This document shows, one piece after another, positions 31,325 to 41,418 of a DNA stretch of 64,000 nucleotides (positions are counted from its first letter, which is position 1; each line of letters begins with the position of its first letter). Origin of the DNA: an uncultured Clostridia bacterium (lineage in GTDB: Bacteria > Bacillota > Clostridia > TANB77 > CAG-508); assembly GCA_934148985.1 (NCBI GenBank), contig CAKPDO010000002.1, positions 7,163 to 71,162 on the forward strand, written 5' to 3'. The notes under the pieces were generated by a model. That model had not been told where the DNA came from, ran no database searches, and saw nothing but the letters and a program-made list of their open reading frames with translations. Made by a program: the position numbers and the translations under genes.

Positions 31325-32554
31325 CTACCATTCAATTTCTTTAATTCTTTTTATTGCTTCAATAGAATTTTCTTGTGTTCCAAATGCTGTTAATCTAAAG
31401 TATCCTTCCCCAGATGGTCCGAAACCACTTCCTGGTGTTCCAACAACATTTGCTTTTTCTAATAGCTTATCAAAGAAATCCCAAGATTTCATATTGTTTG
31501 GAGTTTTTAGCCAAATATATGGTGAGTTAATTCCTCCAAATACTTCAAATCCTGCCTCTTGTAAACCATTCTTTATTATTTTTGCATTTTCTCTATAATA
31601 TTCAATATTTTCTAGTATTTGTTTTCTTCCTTCTTCAGAATAAGTAGCTTCTGCTGCTCTTTGTACTACATAAGAAACACCATTGAATTTTGTTGTTGTT
31701 CTTCTATTCCATAATTTATTTAGTGAAACTTTTTCGCCATCTTTTGTATATCCAAATACGGTTTTAGGAACAACAGCATATGCACATCTAACTCCTGTAA
31801 ATCCTGCCGTTTTAGAGAAACTTCTAAATTCTATTGCAACATCTTTTGCACCTTCTATTTCATAAATACTATGTGGTACGTTTTCTTCTGTTATAAATAC
31901 CTCATATGCTGCATCAAATAAGATAATTGCTTTATTTTCTTTTGCATAATCTACAAATTTTTTAAGTTCTTCTTTTTTTAGAACTGTTCCTGTAGGATTA
32001 TTTGGGAAACATAAATATATCATATCTACTGGCTCTTTTGGAAGCTCTGGAACAAAGTTGTTTTCCTTTGTTACTGGCATATATACTATATTTTCATACA
32101 TTCCATTTTCTTTGTTATAATTTCCGCTTCTGCCTGACATTACATTTGTATCTAGATAAACAGGATATACTGGGTCTGTAATTGCAACTTTATTTTTTTT
32201 ACAGAATATATCCACAATATTTCCACAATCACATTTTGCACCATCTGATACAAAAATTTCATCTGCTTCTATTTCTAAGCCTTTAAAATCATTTTCTACA
32301 ATAGCATTTCTTAAAAAGTCATATCCTTGCTCTGGTCCATATCCTCTAAATGTTTCAGATTTAGCTAGTTCATCTGTTGCTTTGTGCATTGCTTCTATCA
32401 CAGCTGGAACTATAGGTCTTGTAACATCTCCTATTCCTAATTTTATAATTTTTTTATCAGGATGGCTTTTTTGGAATTCTGCCACCTTTTTTGCTACTGT
32501 TGAAAACAAATAACTATCTTGTAAATTCAAAAAATTTTCATTTATATTTATCAT
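31325..32554 (-). CDS. dapL: LL-diaminopimelate aminotransferase
   Basis: Start set at [17 protein letters not shown] (ATG 32554, AAGGAGG RBS); [15 protein letters not shown]-lysine motif. The ORF-track N-terminal 28 aa translate the upstream repeat element. Confidence 0.85.
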   Translation of the reverse strand: MININENFLNLQDSYLFSTVAKKVAEFQKSHPDKKIIKLGIGDVTRPIVPAVIEAMHKATDELAKSETFRGYGPEQGYDFLRNAIVENDFKGLEIEADEIFVSDGAKCDCGNIVDIFCKKNKVAITDPVYPVYLDTNVMSGRSGNYNKENGMYENIVYMPVTKENNFVPELPKEPVDMIYLCFPNNPTGTVLKKEELKKFVDYAKENKAIILFDAAYEVFITEENVPHSIYEIEGAKDVAIEFRSFSKTAGFTGVRCAYAVVPKTVFGYTKDGEKVSLNKLWNRRTTTKFNGVSYVVQRAAEATYSEEGRKQILENIEYYRENAKIIKNGLQEAGFEVFGGINSPYIWLKTPNNMKSWDFFDKLLEKANVVGTPGSGFGPSGEGYFRLTAFGTQENSIEAIKRIKEIEW

Positions 32555-32647
32555 AAAATCCTCCTTTTGCCCAAATAGGACCGGGTCTTTTTTGTCCCAC
32601 TTGATTAAAATATTGGGACCAAAAAGACCCAGTCCCATTTGAACAAA

Positions 32648-32920
32648 TTATCTATTTTGATTTTTTATATACTCTATTTCTCTTGATTTTCCCATTATCT
32701 TTAACTTTTCTAAACTTATTTTTAAACTTTTGAAAAATCTTATAATAGGATTTTCTTTTTTATATAGAACAATACTAAAACTTTCTTTCTTTTCAGCATC
32801 TAATTCTAAATTTGTAAATCTCTGTTCTTTTACTGGCACAATATCTGCTAGCATATTACTTAATTCTTCATTTTCTCCGATTACCTTTTTTTGCATTAGT
32901 TCTTTTATTTCTTCACTCAT
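32648..32920 (-). CDS. Hypothetical 90-aa protein
   Basis: ORF between dapF and dapL with a GAAAGGAAAG RBS; no recognisable motif. Confidence 0.45.
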   Translation of the reverse strand: MSEEIKELMQKKVIGENEELSNMLADIVPVKEQRFTNLELDAEKKESFSIVLYKKENPIIRFFKSLKISLEKLKIMGKSREIEYIKNQNR

Positions 32921-32940
32921 TTTTTCTTTCCTTTCGTTTA

Positions 32941-33780
32941 TTACACTTCTATTTCTCCCTCAAATACTGTAGTTGCTGTTCCTGTCATATATACATGATT
33001 ATCGGCTTTGCTCCACTCAATTTTTAAATCTCCACCTAATAGATGAACTGTTACTTCCCTTGATGTATAACCATTTAACATTGCTGCAACAGCTGAAGCA
33101 CAAGCTCCTGTTCCACAAGCTAAAGTTTCTCCAGCTCCTCTTTCCCAAACTCTCATCTTTAAAGTTTTATCATCTATTACATTTATAAATTCAATATTTG
33201 CTTTATTAGGAAATGCCTTATTTACCTCAAGTTTTGCTCCATATTTACAAATGTCAAAATCATTTACATCTTCCTCAATAAAAGCCACAGCATGTGGATT
33301 TCCCATTGACACACATGTGAACTTGAACTCTTTATCTTCTGCTTTTAATTGTAAATTTTTTACAGGATTTTCTTCTGATATAACAGGTATCAATTTTGAC
33401 TCTAATATTGGTTCTCCCATATTCACTCTTACAGCTTCAATCTTTCCATTTTTTTCTGTCATTACTAACGTTTTTATTCCTGCTAAAGTTTCAACTGTTA
33501 TAGTTTTTTTATTTGTTAATCCTTTATCATATACAAATTTGCCGACACATCTTATTCCGTTTCCACACATTTCGGCTTCTGAACCATCTTGATTAAACAT
33601 TTGCATTCTAAAATCTGCTTTTTCTGATGGACATATTAAAATTAAACCATCTGAGCCTATTCCAAAATGTCTATCACTTACAAATTTCGCAAGTTCACTC
33701 CTATTTTCTATTTTTTGATTTATTGCATCCATATATACATAGTCATTACCTAGCCCATGCATTTTTGTAAATTTTACCAT
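32941..33780 (-). CDS. dapF: Diaminopimelate epimerase
   Basis: Start set at [18 protein letters not shown]; catalytic cysteines in MCGNGIRC and ACGTGACA. Confidence 0.9.
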   Translation of the reverse strand: MVKFTKMHGLGNDYVYMDAINQKIENRSELAKFVSDRHFGIGSDGLILICPSEKADFRMQMFNQDGSEAEMCGNGIRCVGKFVYDKGLTNKKTITVETLAGIKTLVMTEKNGKIEAVRVNMGEPILESKLIPVISEENPVKNLQLKAEDKEFKFTCVSMGNPHAVAFIEEDVNDFDICKYGAKLEVNKAFPNKANIEFINVIDDKTLKMRVWERGAGETLACGTGACASAVAAMLNGYTSREVTVHLLGGDLKIEWSKADNHVYMTGTATTVFEGEIEV

Positions 33781-33864
33781 TAAAATCACCTCTCTATTTG
33801 ATGTTATCATTATATTCTAAAGATTTAAAAATAGCAAGTTTTTTGAACAAATAACCTTTCTTTT

Positions 33865-34848
33865 TTAAATAAAAAAGCTATCTCTTTCATCATTTTTCAT
33901 GCTAAAACCTCTTAGGAAATCCCCTATATTCATTCTTTTGGCATTTTCACCTTGAATTTCATTAACAGAAATAATTCCATCAATAGTCTTAATAAATAAT
34001 CCCTTTTTACTATCTACTAGGATTATCTCTCCTGCTTTTTTATTTTCAAAATTCACGTTTTCTAAATATTTTTTTATTTCAAAACTATTTTCATCAAATG
34101 CATCTACTTTCCAAAATTTAATCTTTTTACCATTAAACATTGAATATGCACCCATAATAGGATTTAATCCTCTAACTAGGTTTTTAATTTCTTTGGCTGA
34201 TTTACTTTGCCAATCAATTTTTGCCATATCCTTAGAAAGCATAGGTGCAACTGTGAACTCCTCTCCTTGTGGAATTCTCTTTACTGTACCCTTTTCAATT
34301 TCTTCCAAAGTTTTAACCAAAAGATTTCCACCAATTATAGATAATCTATCCCAAAGTTCACCAGTTGTTTCATCTTCTCCAATTTGAACCTCTTCTTTTA
34401 AAATCATATCACCAGTATCCATACCTACATCCATATACATTGTAGTTACGCCTGTTACTTTGTCACCATTTAATACTGCCCATTGAATAGGTGCCGCACC
34501 CCTATATTTTGGAAGAAGTGATGCATGTACATTTACACAACCATATTTAGGAATATCTAAAATTTCTTTAGGCAAAATCTTTCCATATGCTACAACACAT
34601 ATAATATCTGGATTCAAATTCTTTAATTCTTCTATAAATTCTGTATTTTTTCTTACCTTTAATGGTTGATATACTGGTATATTTTCTTGAGTAGCAACAT
34701 CCTTTACAGGTGATGCAATCATCTTCATACCACGCCCTTTTGGTTTATCTGGATTTGTTACAACTGCCATTATATTTTGCCCTTTCTTTATAAGTGCTTT
34801 TAATGATTCAGCCGCAAAGTCTGGTGTTCCCATAAAAATTATATTCAT
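33865..34848 (-). CDS. fmt: Methionyl-tRNA formyltransferase
   Basis: MNIIFMGTPDFA...NVHASLLPKYRGAAPIQWA. Confidence 0.9.
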   Translation of the reverse strand: MNIIFMGTPDFAAESLKALIKKGQNIMAVVTNPDKPKGRGMKMIASPVKDVATQENIPVYQPLKVRKNTEFIEELKNLNPDIICVVAYGKILPKEILDIPKYGCVNVHASLLPKYRGAAPIQWAVLNGDKVTGVTTMYMDVGMDTGDMILKEEVQIGEDETTGELWDRLSIIGGNLLVKTLEEIEKGTVKRIPQGEEFTVAPMLSKDMAKIDWQSKSAKEIKNLVRGLNPIMGAYSMFNGKKIKFWKVDAFDENSFEIKKYLENVNFENKKAGEIILVDSKKGLFIKTIDGIISVNEIQGENAKRMNIGDFLRGFSMKNDERDSFFI

Positions 34849-34867
34849 ATTATTACAATCCTTTCTT

Positions 34868-34935
34868 GCACAAATGGACCGGTTCTTTTTGGGTCGGGCA
34901 CAAAAAGAACCGGTCCATTTGTGCCCATTTGTGCC
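34868..34935. repeat. GGACCGGTTCTTTTT-core palindromic repeat between def and fmt
   Basis: GCACAAATGGACCGGTTCTTTTTG ... CACAAAAAGAACCGGTCCATTTGTGC forms a perfect hairpin of about 24 bp, followed by an extra CCATTTGTGCC unit. Confidence 0.85.
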
Positions 34936-34953
34936 ATGCTTAAAATTTCAGTT

Positions 34954-35439
34954 TTAATCTTTTGGAGAAACATATTCCAAAGTACCTGGCTCAACCAAAT
35001 CCACAAATAGAACCCCATTTAAATGGTCTACTTCATGGCATACCGCTTGTGCCAATAAATCTTTCGCTTTTAATTTAACCTTTTTTGCTTCTCTATCATA
35101 AAATTCCACAACAACTTCAGTTGGCCTGACAACCTTTCCAAATTCATTAGGAAAACTTAAGCACCCTTCTTCACATTCTTTAGAGCCTTTTGTTTTTAAT
35201 ATTTTTGGATTTATTAAAACATATGGACCTTTTCCATCTTCTACATCTATTACAATAATTTGTTTTAAAATTCCTACTTGAACAGCTGCTAATCCTACTC
35301 CATTAAAGTTATACATTGTTTCTAGCATATCATCTATTAAACTTTGATTTTTTTCTGCTGTTATGTCATCAATATTTACTTCTCTTGATTTCTTTCTTAG
35401 GATTTCATCTCCTTGTTCTCTTATTTTTCTTAGTGCCAT
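34954..35439 (-). CDS. def: Peptide deformylase
   Basis: Start set at MALRKIREQGDEILR (ATG 35439, AAAGGAAG RBS); GVGLAAVQVG, EGCLSFP, HEVDHL metal motifs. The ORF-track N-terminal 41 aa translate the repeat element. Confidence 0.9.
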   Translation of the reverse strand: MALRKIREQGDEILRKKSREVNIDDITAEKNQSLIDDMLETMYNFNGVGLAAVQVGILKQIIVIDVEDGKGPYVLINPKILKTKGSKECEEGCLSFPNEFGKVVRPTEVVVEFYDREAKKVKLKAKDLLAQAVCHEVDHLNGVLFVDLVEPGTLEYVSPKD

Positions 35440-35468
35440 CCTTATCTTCCTTTCTTTTTTGCTATCTT

Positions 35469-35576
35469 GGCACAAATGGACCGGTTCTTTTTGTGCCTTT
35501 TTCCCCATTGGGACCGGTTCTTTTTGAGTCAGGCACAAAAAGAACCGGTCCATTTGTGCCATTTGCTAATTTGCTA
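35469..35576. repeat. Three-unit copy of the GGACCGGTTCTTTTT-core repeat between priA and def
   Basis: GGCACAAATGGACCGGTTCTTTTTGTGCC, CCCCATTGGGACCGGTTCTTTTTGAGTC and the inverted AGGCACAAAAAGAACCGGTCCATTTGTGCC. Confidence 0.85.
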
Positions 35577-35582
35577 ATTTGC

Positions 35583-37805
35583 CTACATCATATTGTTAGG
35601 ATTAACATCCACACTAACCTTAGTGTACCTTAAATTCATCCCATACACATTTTGTAAACATTTATTCAAAATAATTGTAACATCCTCATTTACAACACCT
35701 TTTGCAATAATCCTCCATCTAATTTTATTTTGAATCTTGTCAATAGGAGCTGGCATAGGCTGAAATACATTTATTTGATATTTTTCTAAACTTTTCTTTA
35801 ACATATTAAACATATACAAACTCACATCTTGTATTTCCTTTTGGTTTTCTCCCAAAAATCCAATTAGTATTATATCGCAAAATGGTGGATATTTCAACTG
35901 TTTTCTTAGTTTGATTTCAGTATCGTAAAATAAATCATAATTTTGTGACTTTGAACACTCAATTGGAAAACTATCAGGATTATATGTTTGAATTACAACT
36001 TTTCCTGGCAATTCTTCTCGTCCAGCACGTCCAGCAACTTGAGTTAATATTTGGAAAGTTCTTTCATTTGCTCTATAGTCATCTTGATTTAAAGAACTAT
36101 CTGCTGCAATTACACCGACTAGGGTAACTTTTGGAAAATGATGCCCTTTTACTACCATTTGCGTTCCTATTAATACATCTATATTTTCATCTTTAAATTT
36201 TTTTAAAATTTCTTCATGTGAATTTTTTTTGGTTATTGTGTCAACATCCATTCTTATTGTTGATGCACTAGGAAATAGTTTGTTTATCTCCTGTTCTAAT
36301 TTTTGCGTTCCTGTTCCAAAATATCTTATTTTCGTGCTTTTGCATTCTGGGCAAGTGCTTACTGGCCTTTCAGTATGTCCACAATAATGACATTTTAATA
36401 TATTTTGTGTAATATGATATGTTAAACTTATATTACAATTAGGGCATTTTAGAGTATATCCGCAATCTCTACACATTATAAATGTTGAATATCCTCTTCT
36501 ATTTAAAAATAGTATTGTTTGTCTTTTTTCTTTCAAGTTTTTTTCCATTTCTGAATATAATAAATTGCTTATCATAGACCTATTTCCAGTTGCAAGTTCC
36601 ATTTTTAAATCAACAATTTGTACTTCTGGTAAGTTAGAATTATTGGCTCTTTTTGTTAATTTTAAAGTTGTGATTTCTTTATTTTGTGCATCATAAAATG
36701 TTCTTATATCTGGAGTTGCACTTCCAAGTATCAAAGGAATATTTTGTTTTTTTGCAATTTGAACTGCTACCTCCTTTGCCGAATACCTAGGATTTGATTC
36801 AGATTTATATGAATTGTCATGTTCTTCATCAATAATTATTATTCCTAAATTAGAACATGGTGCAAATATGGCTGACCTTGCACCTATTACAATTTTAGCT
36901 TCTCCTTTTTTTATTCTTTCCCATTCATCATGTCTTTCTCCAATTGATAATTTACTATGTAAAACAGCAATTTTTTCTTTTCCAAATCTGCCTATAAATC
37001 TATTTAACATTTGTGGTGTTAACGATATTTCTGGTACTAGACATATTGAAGATTTATTTTGATTTAACGCCTTTTCTATAAGTTGCAAATATACTTCCGT
37101 CTTTCCTGAACCAGTTATTCCATATAGCAAAAATTTTTCAAATCTTTCTTCATCCATTGATTGTGCAACTTTTAAATATGCGTTTTCTTGTTCTCCTGTA
37201 AGTTCTAATTTTTTGTTATTCTCTACTTCTTTATTTATTAAAGGATTTCTATCAATCTTTTTGTTTACTATTTTTAAAATTTCTTTTTTTACTAGAGAAT
37301 TGACCGTACTTCTTGAAATTTCAGCGAAGCTTTCTATTTCTGGTATTGTTAATCCCTCATTATTTTTTACAAATTCTATTAATTTTCTTTGCTTTTCGCC
37401 TTTTAACTCATTTAAATTAATTTTTTCATATGCAACATTTAAGTATACAAAATTTATGTTTTTGTCCTGTATTCTTTCATCCTTGTTCTTCGCTCTCGTT
37501 CCTGGTGTTAACATTAATTTTATACATTCTGATACATTACAAAAATATTTTCTTGCCATCCATCTTGCAAGTTCTATTTTTTCTGGTGGCAAATTTTCTT
37601 CTAGTCCTGCTATTTCTTTTACTTTGAATTCTGTGCTTGGTTTTATTTTTATAATATATCCTTGTTCTAATCCTTTGAAATTTCCAAATGGTACTAGGAC
37701 TCTACTTCCTACATCAATTATGTCTTCTAGCTCTTTTGGAATTTCGTAGTCAAATTTTCTGTTTAGACTTTTTGCTTTGCTATCTATTATTATTTCTGCT
37801 ATCAT
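35583..37805 (-). CDS. priA: Primosomal replication restart helicase PriA
   Basis: 740 aa; Walker A GITGSGKTEV, DEEHD, and the Cys4-Cys4 zinc region CRDCGYTLKCPNC...CHYCGH...CPEC. Confidence 0.92.
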   Translation of the reverse strand: MIAEIIIDSKAKSLNRKFDYEIPKELEDIIDVGSRVLVPFGNFKGLEQGYIIKIKPSTEFKVKEIAGLEENLPPEKIELARWMARKYFCNVSECIKLMLTPGTRAKNKDERIQDKNINFVYLNVAYEKINLNELKGEKQRKLIEFVKNNEGLTIPEIESFAEISRSTVNSLVKKEILKIVNKKIDRNPLINKEVENNKKLELTGEQENAYLKVAQSMDEERFEKFLLYGITGSGKTEVYLQLIEKALNQNKSSICLVPEISLTPQMLNRFIGRFGKEKIAVLHSKLSIGERHDEWERIKKGEAKIVIGARSAIFAPCSNLGIIIIDEEHDNSYKSESNPRYSAKEVAVQIAKKQNIPLILGSATPDIRTFYDAQNKEITTLKLTKRANNSNLPEVQIVDLKMELATGNRSMISNLLYSEMEKNLKEKRQTILFLNRRGYSTFIMCRDCGYTLKCPNCNISLTYHITQNILKCHYCGHTERPVSTCPECKSTKIRYFGTGTQKLEQEINKLFPSASTIRMDVDTITKKNSHEEILKKFKDENIDVLIGTQMVVKGHHFPKVTLVGVIAADSSLNQDDYRANERTFQILTQVAGRAGREELPGKVVIQTYNPDSFPIECSKSQNYDLFYDTEIKLRKQLKYPPFCDIILIGFLGENQKEIQDVSLYMFNMLKKSLEKYQINVFQPMPAPIDKIQNKIRWRIIAKGVVNEDVTIILNKCLQNVYGMNLRYTKVSVDVNPNNMM

Positions 37806-37854
37806 TTGAGTTCCTTTCTATTTTCGTTAATAGATTTATTAATTACCTCAAAAT

Positions 37855-38007
37855 TAATAAAAGCAGGTATTTCTACCTGCCACTTTTCTAGTCAGGAAAA
37901 GTTTAAGTAGGGTGACCTTCCTACATCTCCTAACAAGGGTGGCGGCTGCCTGTTCCGCCCTCTGAAACTTTTCCAATTTGTTTATTAATTTTTCACCCTT
38001 CTTGACT
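37855..38007 (-). ncRNA. Unclassified GC-rich structured small RNA (independent sRNA or riboswitch-like leader of priA)
   Basis: About 55-60% GC core in a roughly 25% GC genome. Minus-strand promoter TTGATT-N17-TACAAT (38042-38014). 10-bp closing helix GGAAAAGUUU/AAACUUUUCC (37895-37904 with 37965-37974) encloses two hairpins. Terminator GCAGGUA-GAAA-UACCUGC plus a U tract (37880-37855). Confidence 0.5.
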
Positions 38008-38067
38008 GAATCAATTGTACTACAATATAGTATAAAAATCAACAAATTTTTTTATTTATTATTCACT

Positions 38068-38886
38068 TCATTTACATACCATCATAGCAATCAAATAAAA
38101 TAAGAAATGCTGTACTGGAAAAACTGCGTAAAACAATACTTGAATTACTTTATTTTTCCTTCCTCTTTCTCCATTATAAAAGAAAAACGGAATAGCTGTA
38201 TAAACTAAAGCATATTTAAAGCCTGGATGATATGAAGAAAAATCTAATGAACTCACAAAAGATATTTCTATCAATAATACGTATACTATCCTCATCAAAT
38301 AATACTTAAACTTACTTTCGAAATGTCTTTTTGAAAACAATACTTTCTTGTCTTTATCCATCAAAATTTTTTCTATAATATATAACTCAGTACACATAAA
38401 TGGTATTCTCATATCAAACTCAATATCAACTAAATTATATACACATATAATTATCGCGATAATCATTAACCTAAGCATTACATTAATTTTTTTACTTAAT
38501 TTAGGTATTATTTTTTTATATTCAATCATAGAAATAAGCATCAGTGACAATGTATAAGAAAATAGAACACCAAAATATTCATTTTCCCTAGTATGATAAT
38601 TTTTAAAATAAATCTCATTTATAATTCCTAATACAAGTAAAATAACTTGTGTTACAGTAGCTAGGCAAAATATTCTAAATATATATTTTTTTATATCTTT
38701 AGTATAAAAAAAGCCTTGTACAATCAAATACAAAAATATAGGCATAGCCAGACGACCTATGCTCCTCATCACATAATAGTTGTCTGGCTTGATTTTGCTC
38801 ACAAAATAGCATGCAACATGGTCTATTAACATTGCTATAATAGCAATTATTTTTAATACATTTCCATTAATTTTTATCTTCATCAT
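38068..38886 (-). CDS. TraX family polytopic membrane protein (acyltransferase-like)
   Basis: 272 aa; N-terminal LKIIAIIAMLIDHVA... is typical of TraX-family proteins. Last gene of the vanW-dltA-like operon. Confidence 0.65.
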   Translation of the reverse strand: MMKIKINGNVLKIIAIIAMLIDHVACYFVSKIKPDNYYVMRSIGRLAMPIFLYLIVQGFFYTKDIKKYIFRIFCLATVTQVILLVLGIINEIYFKNYHTRENEYFGVLFSYTLSLMLISMIEYKKIIPKLSKKINVMLRLMIIAIIICVYNLVDIEFDMRIPFMCTELYIIEKILMDKDKKVLFSKRHFESKFKYYLMRIVYVLLIEISFVSSLDFSSYHPGFKYALVYTAIPFFFYNGERGRKNKVIQVLFYAVFPVQHFLFYLIAMMVCK

Positions 38887-39649
38887 CTTTTCTCAATGCC
38901 TTTGGCATGCTTTCTTCTTGATTTTCTTTCATCATTTTTCTTTTTTGTATTCCCTTTTTATCAATTGCAATAATAACAGAAACAATAACAATTGCTAACA
39001 CACACATTCCAATAATTATAATGTAAGTTTTATGTGACTCTAGAAAACTTACAACTTTTTTGTTTTCTTTAGATGTTTTATCTGTTGCACTTATTTGTTT
39101 ATTGTCTATTACTGTTGTTTCTTCTTCTTTTTGAACATTTTCTTGCTCTACGTTGTTATTTTCTTGTAATGTATTACTTGCAGTGCTTTCATTAGCTTCT
39201 TCAATTTTATTATTTTCATTAATTTCATTTTTTACTGATGTATTATTTTTCTTTGTTATGCTATCTTCTTTGTTTGCTTCTGTACTTGTAGATTTTTGAT
39301 TATCAACTTTAGAACCTGTAGCATTTGAACTTGTCGCATCAGCACTTGTCGCATCCTGTTTATTCGCATCTGCACTTGTTGCATTCGAGCTTGTGGCATC
39401 ATGATTTGCATTTGAGCTCGTGGCGTTACTACTTGTAGCATCAGCGCTTGTTGCATCTGTGCTTGTAGCATCTGAACAAGTTGCGCTTGCTGCTAAGCTA
39501 TATAGATATCCCTCCAATTTATTTATTTTACCATTTCCACATATAATCATTGCTATACGAGCTATAGCCAATATTATAATCAAAAAAACTATTAACTTTA
39601 CATTATATAAAACTTTATTCTTATTTTCTTTCATTTCTTTTTCCTCCAT
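38867..39649 (-). CDS. Bitopic membrane protein with a Ser/Thr/Asn-rich repeat ectodomain ((D/N)ATS(A/S/T) pentapeptide repeats)
   Basis: 260 aa with N- and C-terminal TM helices flanking SDATSTDATSADATSSNATSSNANHDATSSNATSADANKQDATSADATSSNATGS. 15-nt periodicity is visible in the DNA at about 39290-39480. Its start overlaps the upstream gene stop. Confidence 0.65.
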   Translation of the reverse strand: MEEKEMKENKNKVLYNVKLIVFLIIILAIARIAMIICGNGKINKLEGYLYSLAASATCSDATSTDATSADATSSNATSSNANHDATSSNATSADANKQDATSADATSSNATGSKVDNQKSTSTEANKEDSITKKNNTSVKNEINENNKIEEANESTASNTLQENNNVEQENVQKEEETTVIDNKQISATDKTSKENKKVVSFLESHKTYIIIIGMCVLAIVIVSVIIAIDKKGIQKRKMMKENQEESMPKALRKDDEDKN

Positions 39650-41183
39650 TTTCTAAATTTGTTTCTTCACTTGTTGCTAATCCATGTATTGCCATAAGTG
39701 TCCAATAAATAGGTGTTACAATTACTACCCATAAATTAAAAAAATCTTGTATAGCATAACATAGTATTCCAATTAATAATACAGTTGAATATTTATTTCT
39801 GTTTTTTATCCCATTTATAAATTGCAAAATCAAAAAAACAATATAACTTGTGAACCCTACAATCCCAATATTTATAAGCATAGTTATATAAACATTAGCT
39901 GCTGTATCATTTATTGTAAGTTCTCCTAATAATTTCACATCATTTGTATATTTATCCATAAATCTTACGGCAAATGTATCTGGACCACTTCCTATTAAAG
40001 GATATTCTTTTACTAATTTAAACGCTCTTTTCCACAAAAATACCCTATATGTTCCAAAATCGTCATCAAAATTTCCATGCAATAATTCATGTATTTCATA
40101 TAAAATTCCACTTTCAAAATTTATAAAATACAAACTCAAAATAGATACTATAGCGAGTATAGCTATTCCACCATATATAAATTTAGCAACTTTAGTCCTA
40201 TTTTCTATGTTATATTCATTTTTATAAAGCATATATGCTAATATCCAAAATACAAACGTAATTATAATAAATATTATTGCAATTGTATTTATCTGAAAAT
40301 CTAAAGTCAACATTCCTATATCATAGTGATATCTTGGATTTATTATAATATTAATTCCAAGACCTAATATAATCATAGAAAATGCAATTACAGTTCTTGC
40401 TAACCTTTTGCTATTACTTAATATGAACGGACTTATTATAACTAATACTGCTAAAAATGCCACCCTGCCACTCATTACATTTATTATAATAAATATAAAA
40501 AATCCCATTGATATTGATGCTAAATGAAGTAATTTATATTTTTTATCTTCATCTAAAAATATAAATGAAACTGTCGATATTGTTAAATATATACAATAAA
40601 TAGCAGATATAAAATCTATATTTCCTATTGTTGCCATAAAACTTACATTATGTGTTCCAATTCCATCTTGGTACATATTAAATGGATTAAATCCAATATA
40701 CTGAAGAATTGCAATAAAACTTATGCAAATTGATGATATAGAAAAATATGTAATATAACGTTTTCTAAACTTTCCAAATATTGTTATCATAAGAAAAGTC
40801 ACACAATATAATGATATTGTTATTAGTCCTTCCGCTCTACCAACTCCAACAAAAAGATTATAGTCTTCAAAATATGGTGACAAAAAACATGAAACTATAT
40901 TTACTATCCAAAACACAATTCCTGCAATTTGATATTTTTTTAGTTTAACATCTTTCAAATATCTTATTTTATGAAATATATAATAATATATCAAAATTAT
41001 AAGATTTATCGCTATATAGCTTACAGACATTCCTAAAAATACTCTATATTTGCATTCAAGTATTTTAAAAAATCCCATAGAATCTATACTTAGTGGAAAT
41101 AACATAATTATTACACAAATATATATTTCTGTAATCCTATCTAGTATGCTTTTTTCTTTTTCATAAATAATTTTTTTATCCAT
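39621..41183 (-). CDS. O-antigen ligase/polymerase family (Wzy_C-like) polytopic membrane protein
   Basis: 520 aa, at least 10 TM; MSGRVAFLAVLVIISPFIL and ...YRVFLWKRAFKLVKEYPLIGSGPDTF...NVYITMLINIGIVGF resemble the Wzy_C/O-antigen ligase domain. Confidence 0.65.
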   Translation of the reverse strand: MDKKIIYEKEKSILDRITEIYICVIIMLFPLSIDSMGFFKILECKYRVFLGMSVSYIAINLIILIYYYIFHKIRYLKDVKLKKYQIAGIVFWIVNIVSCFLSPYFEDYNLFVGVGRAEGLITISLYCVTFLMITIFGKFRKRYITYFSISSICISFIAILQYIGFNPFNMYQDGIGTHNVSFMATIGNIDFISAIYCIYLTISTVSFIFLDEDKKYKLLHLASISMGFFIFIIINVMSGRVAFLAVLVIISPFILSNSKRLARTVIAFSMIILGLGINIIINPRYHYDIGMLTLDFQINTIAIIFIIITFVFWILAYMLYKNEYNIENRTKVAKFIYGGIAILAIVSILSLYFINFESGILYEIHELLHGNFDDDFGTYRVFLWKRAFKLVKEYPLIGSGPDTFAVRFMDKYTNDVKLLGELTINDTAANVYITMLINIGIVGFTSYIVFLILQFINGIKNRNKYSTVLLIGILCYAIQDFFNLWVVIVTPIYWTLMAIHGLATSEETNLENGGKRNERK

Positions 41184-41418
41184 TGTTTCCCCTTAATCCC
41201 TTCACCATCCTCACAATTCCATCAACACTTCTCCAAGTATCCACATCAATTTGTGTTGGTTGAATTTCAATATCAAATTTATCCTCTAACTCAGAAATTA
41301 ACTGAATAAAAGCTAGTGAATCCAATATATCATCCTCTATTAAATCAAAATTATCATTTTCTCTTAATTCTACATTTCCTGTAAGCCTTACAATTAGTTC
41401 CAATATTTCTTCTCTCAT
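41176..41418 (-). CDS. DltC-like D-alanyl/aminoacyl carrier protein
   Basis: Start set at MREEILELIV (ATG 41418). DDILDSLAFIQLISELEDKFDIEIQPTQIDVDTWRSVDGIV aligns by eye with the DltC pattern (LLDSxxxxxLLxxxExxFDIxxPxxxxDxxxWxTxxxIV), with the Ser attachment site in DSL. Confidence 0.75.
   Translation of the reverse strand: MREEILELIVRLTGNVELRENDNFDLIEDDILDSLAFIQLISELEDKFDIEIQPTQIDVDTWRSVDGIVRMVKGLRGNNG

Noticed and set aside
37854-38045. 63-aa minus-strand ORF, and identification of the region as SRP (4.5S) RNA
   Set aside because: The ORF has no RBS and simply spans the GC-rich RNA. The SRP helix-8 pattern (GGAA tetraloop closed by a 3-bp stem, with the AGCAGC 3' strand) does not fit: the GGAA here sits in a 9-nt loop of a GGCGG/CCGCC stem.
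39256-39656. ORFs 39256-39471 (minus) and 39420-39656 (plus) within the repeat region
   Set aside because: These are alternative-frame or antisense readings of the 15-nt periodic DATS repeats. They give low-complexity Q/M/L-rich products with no RBS.
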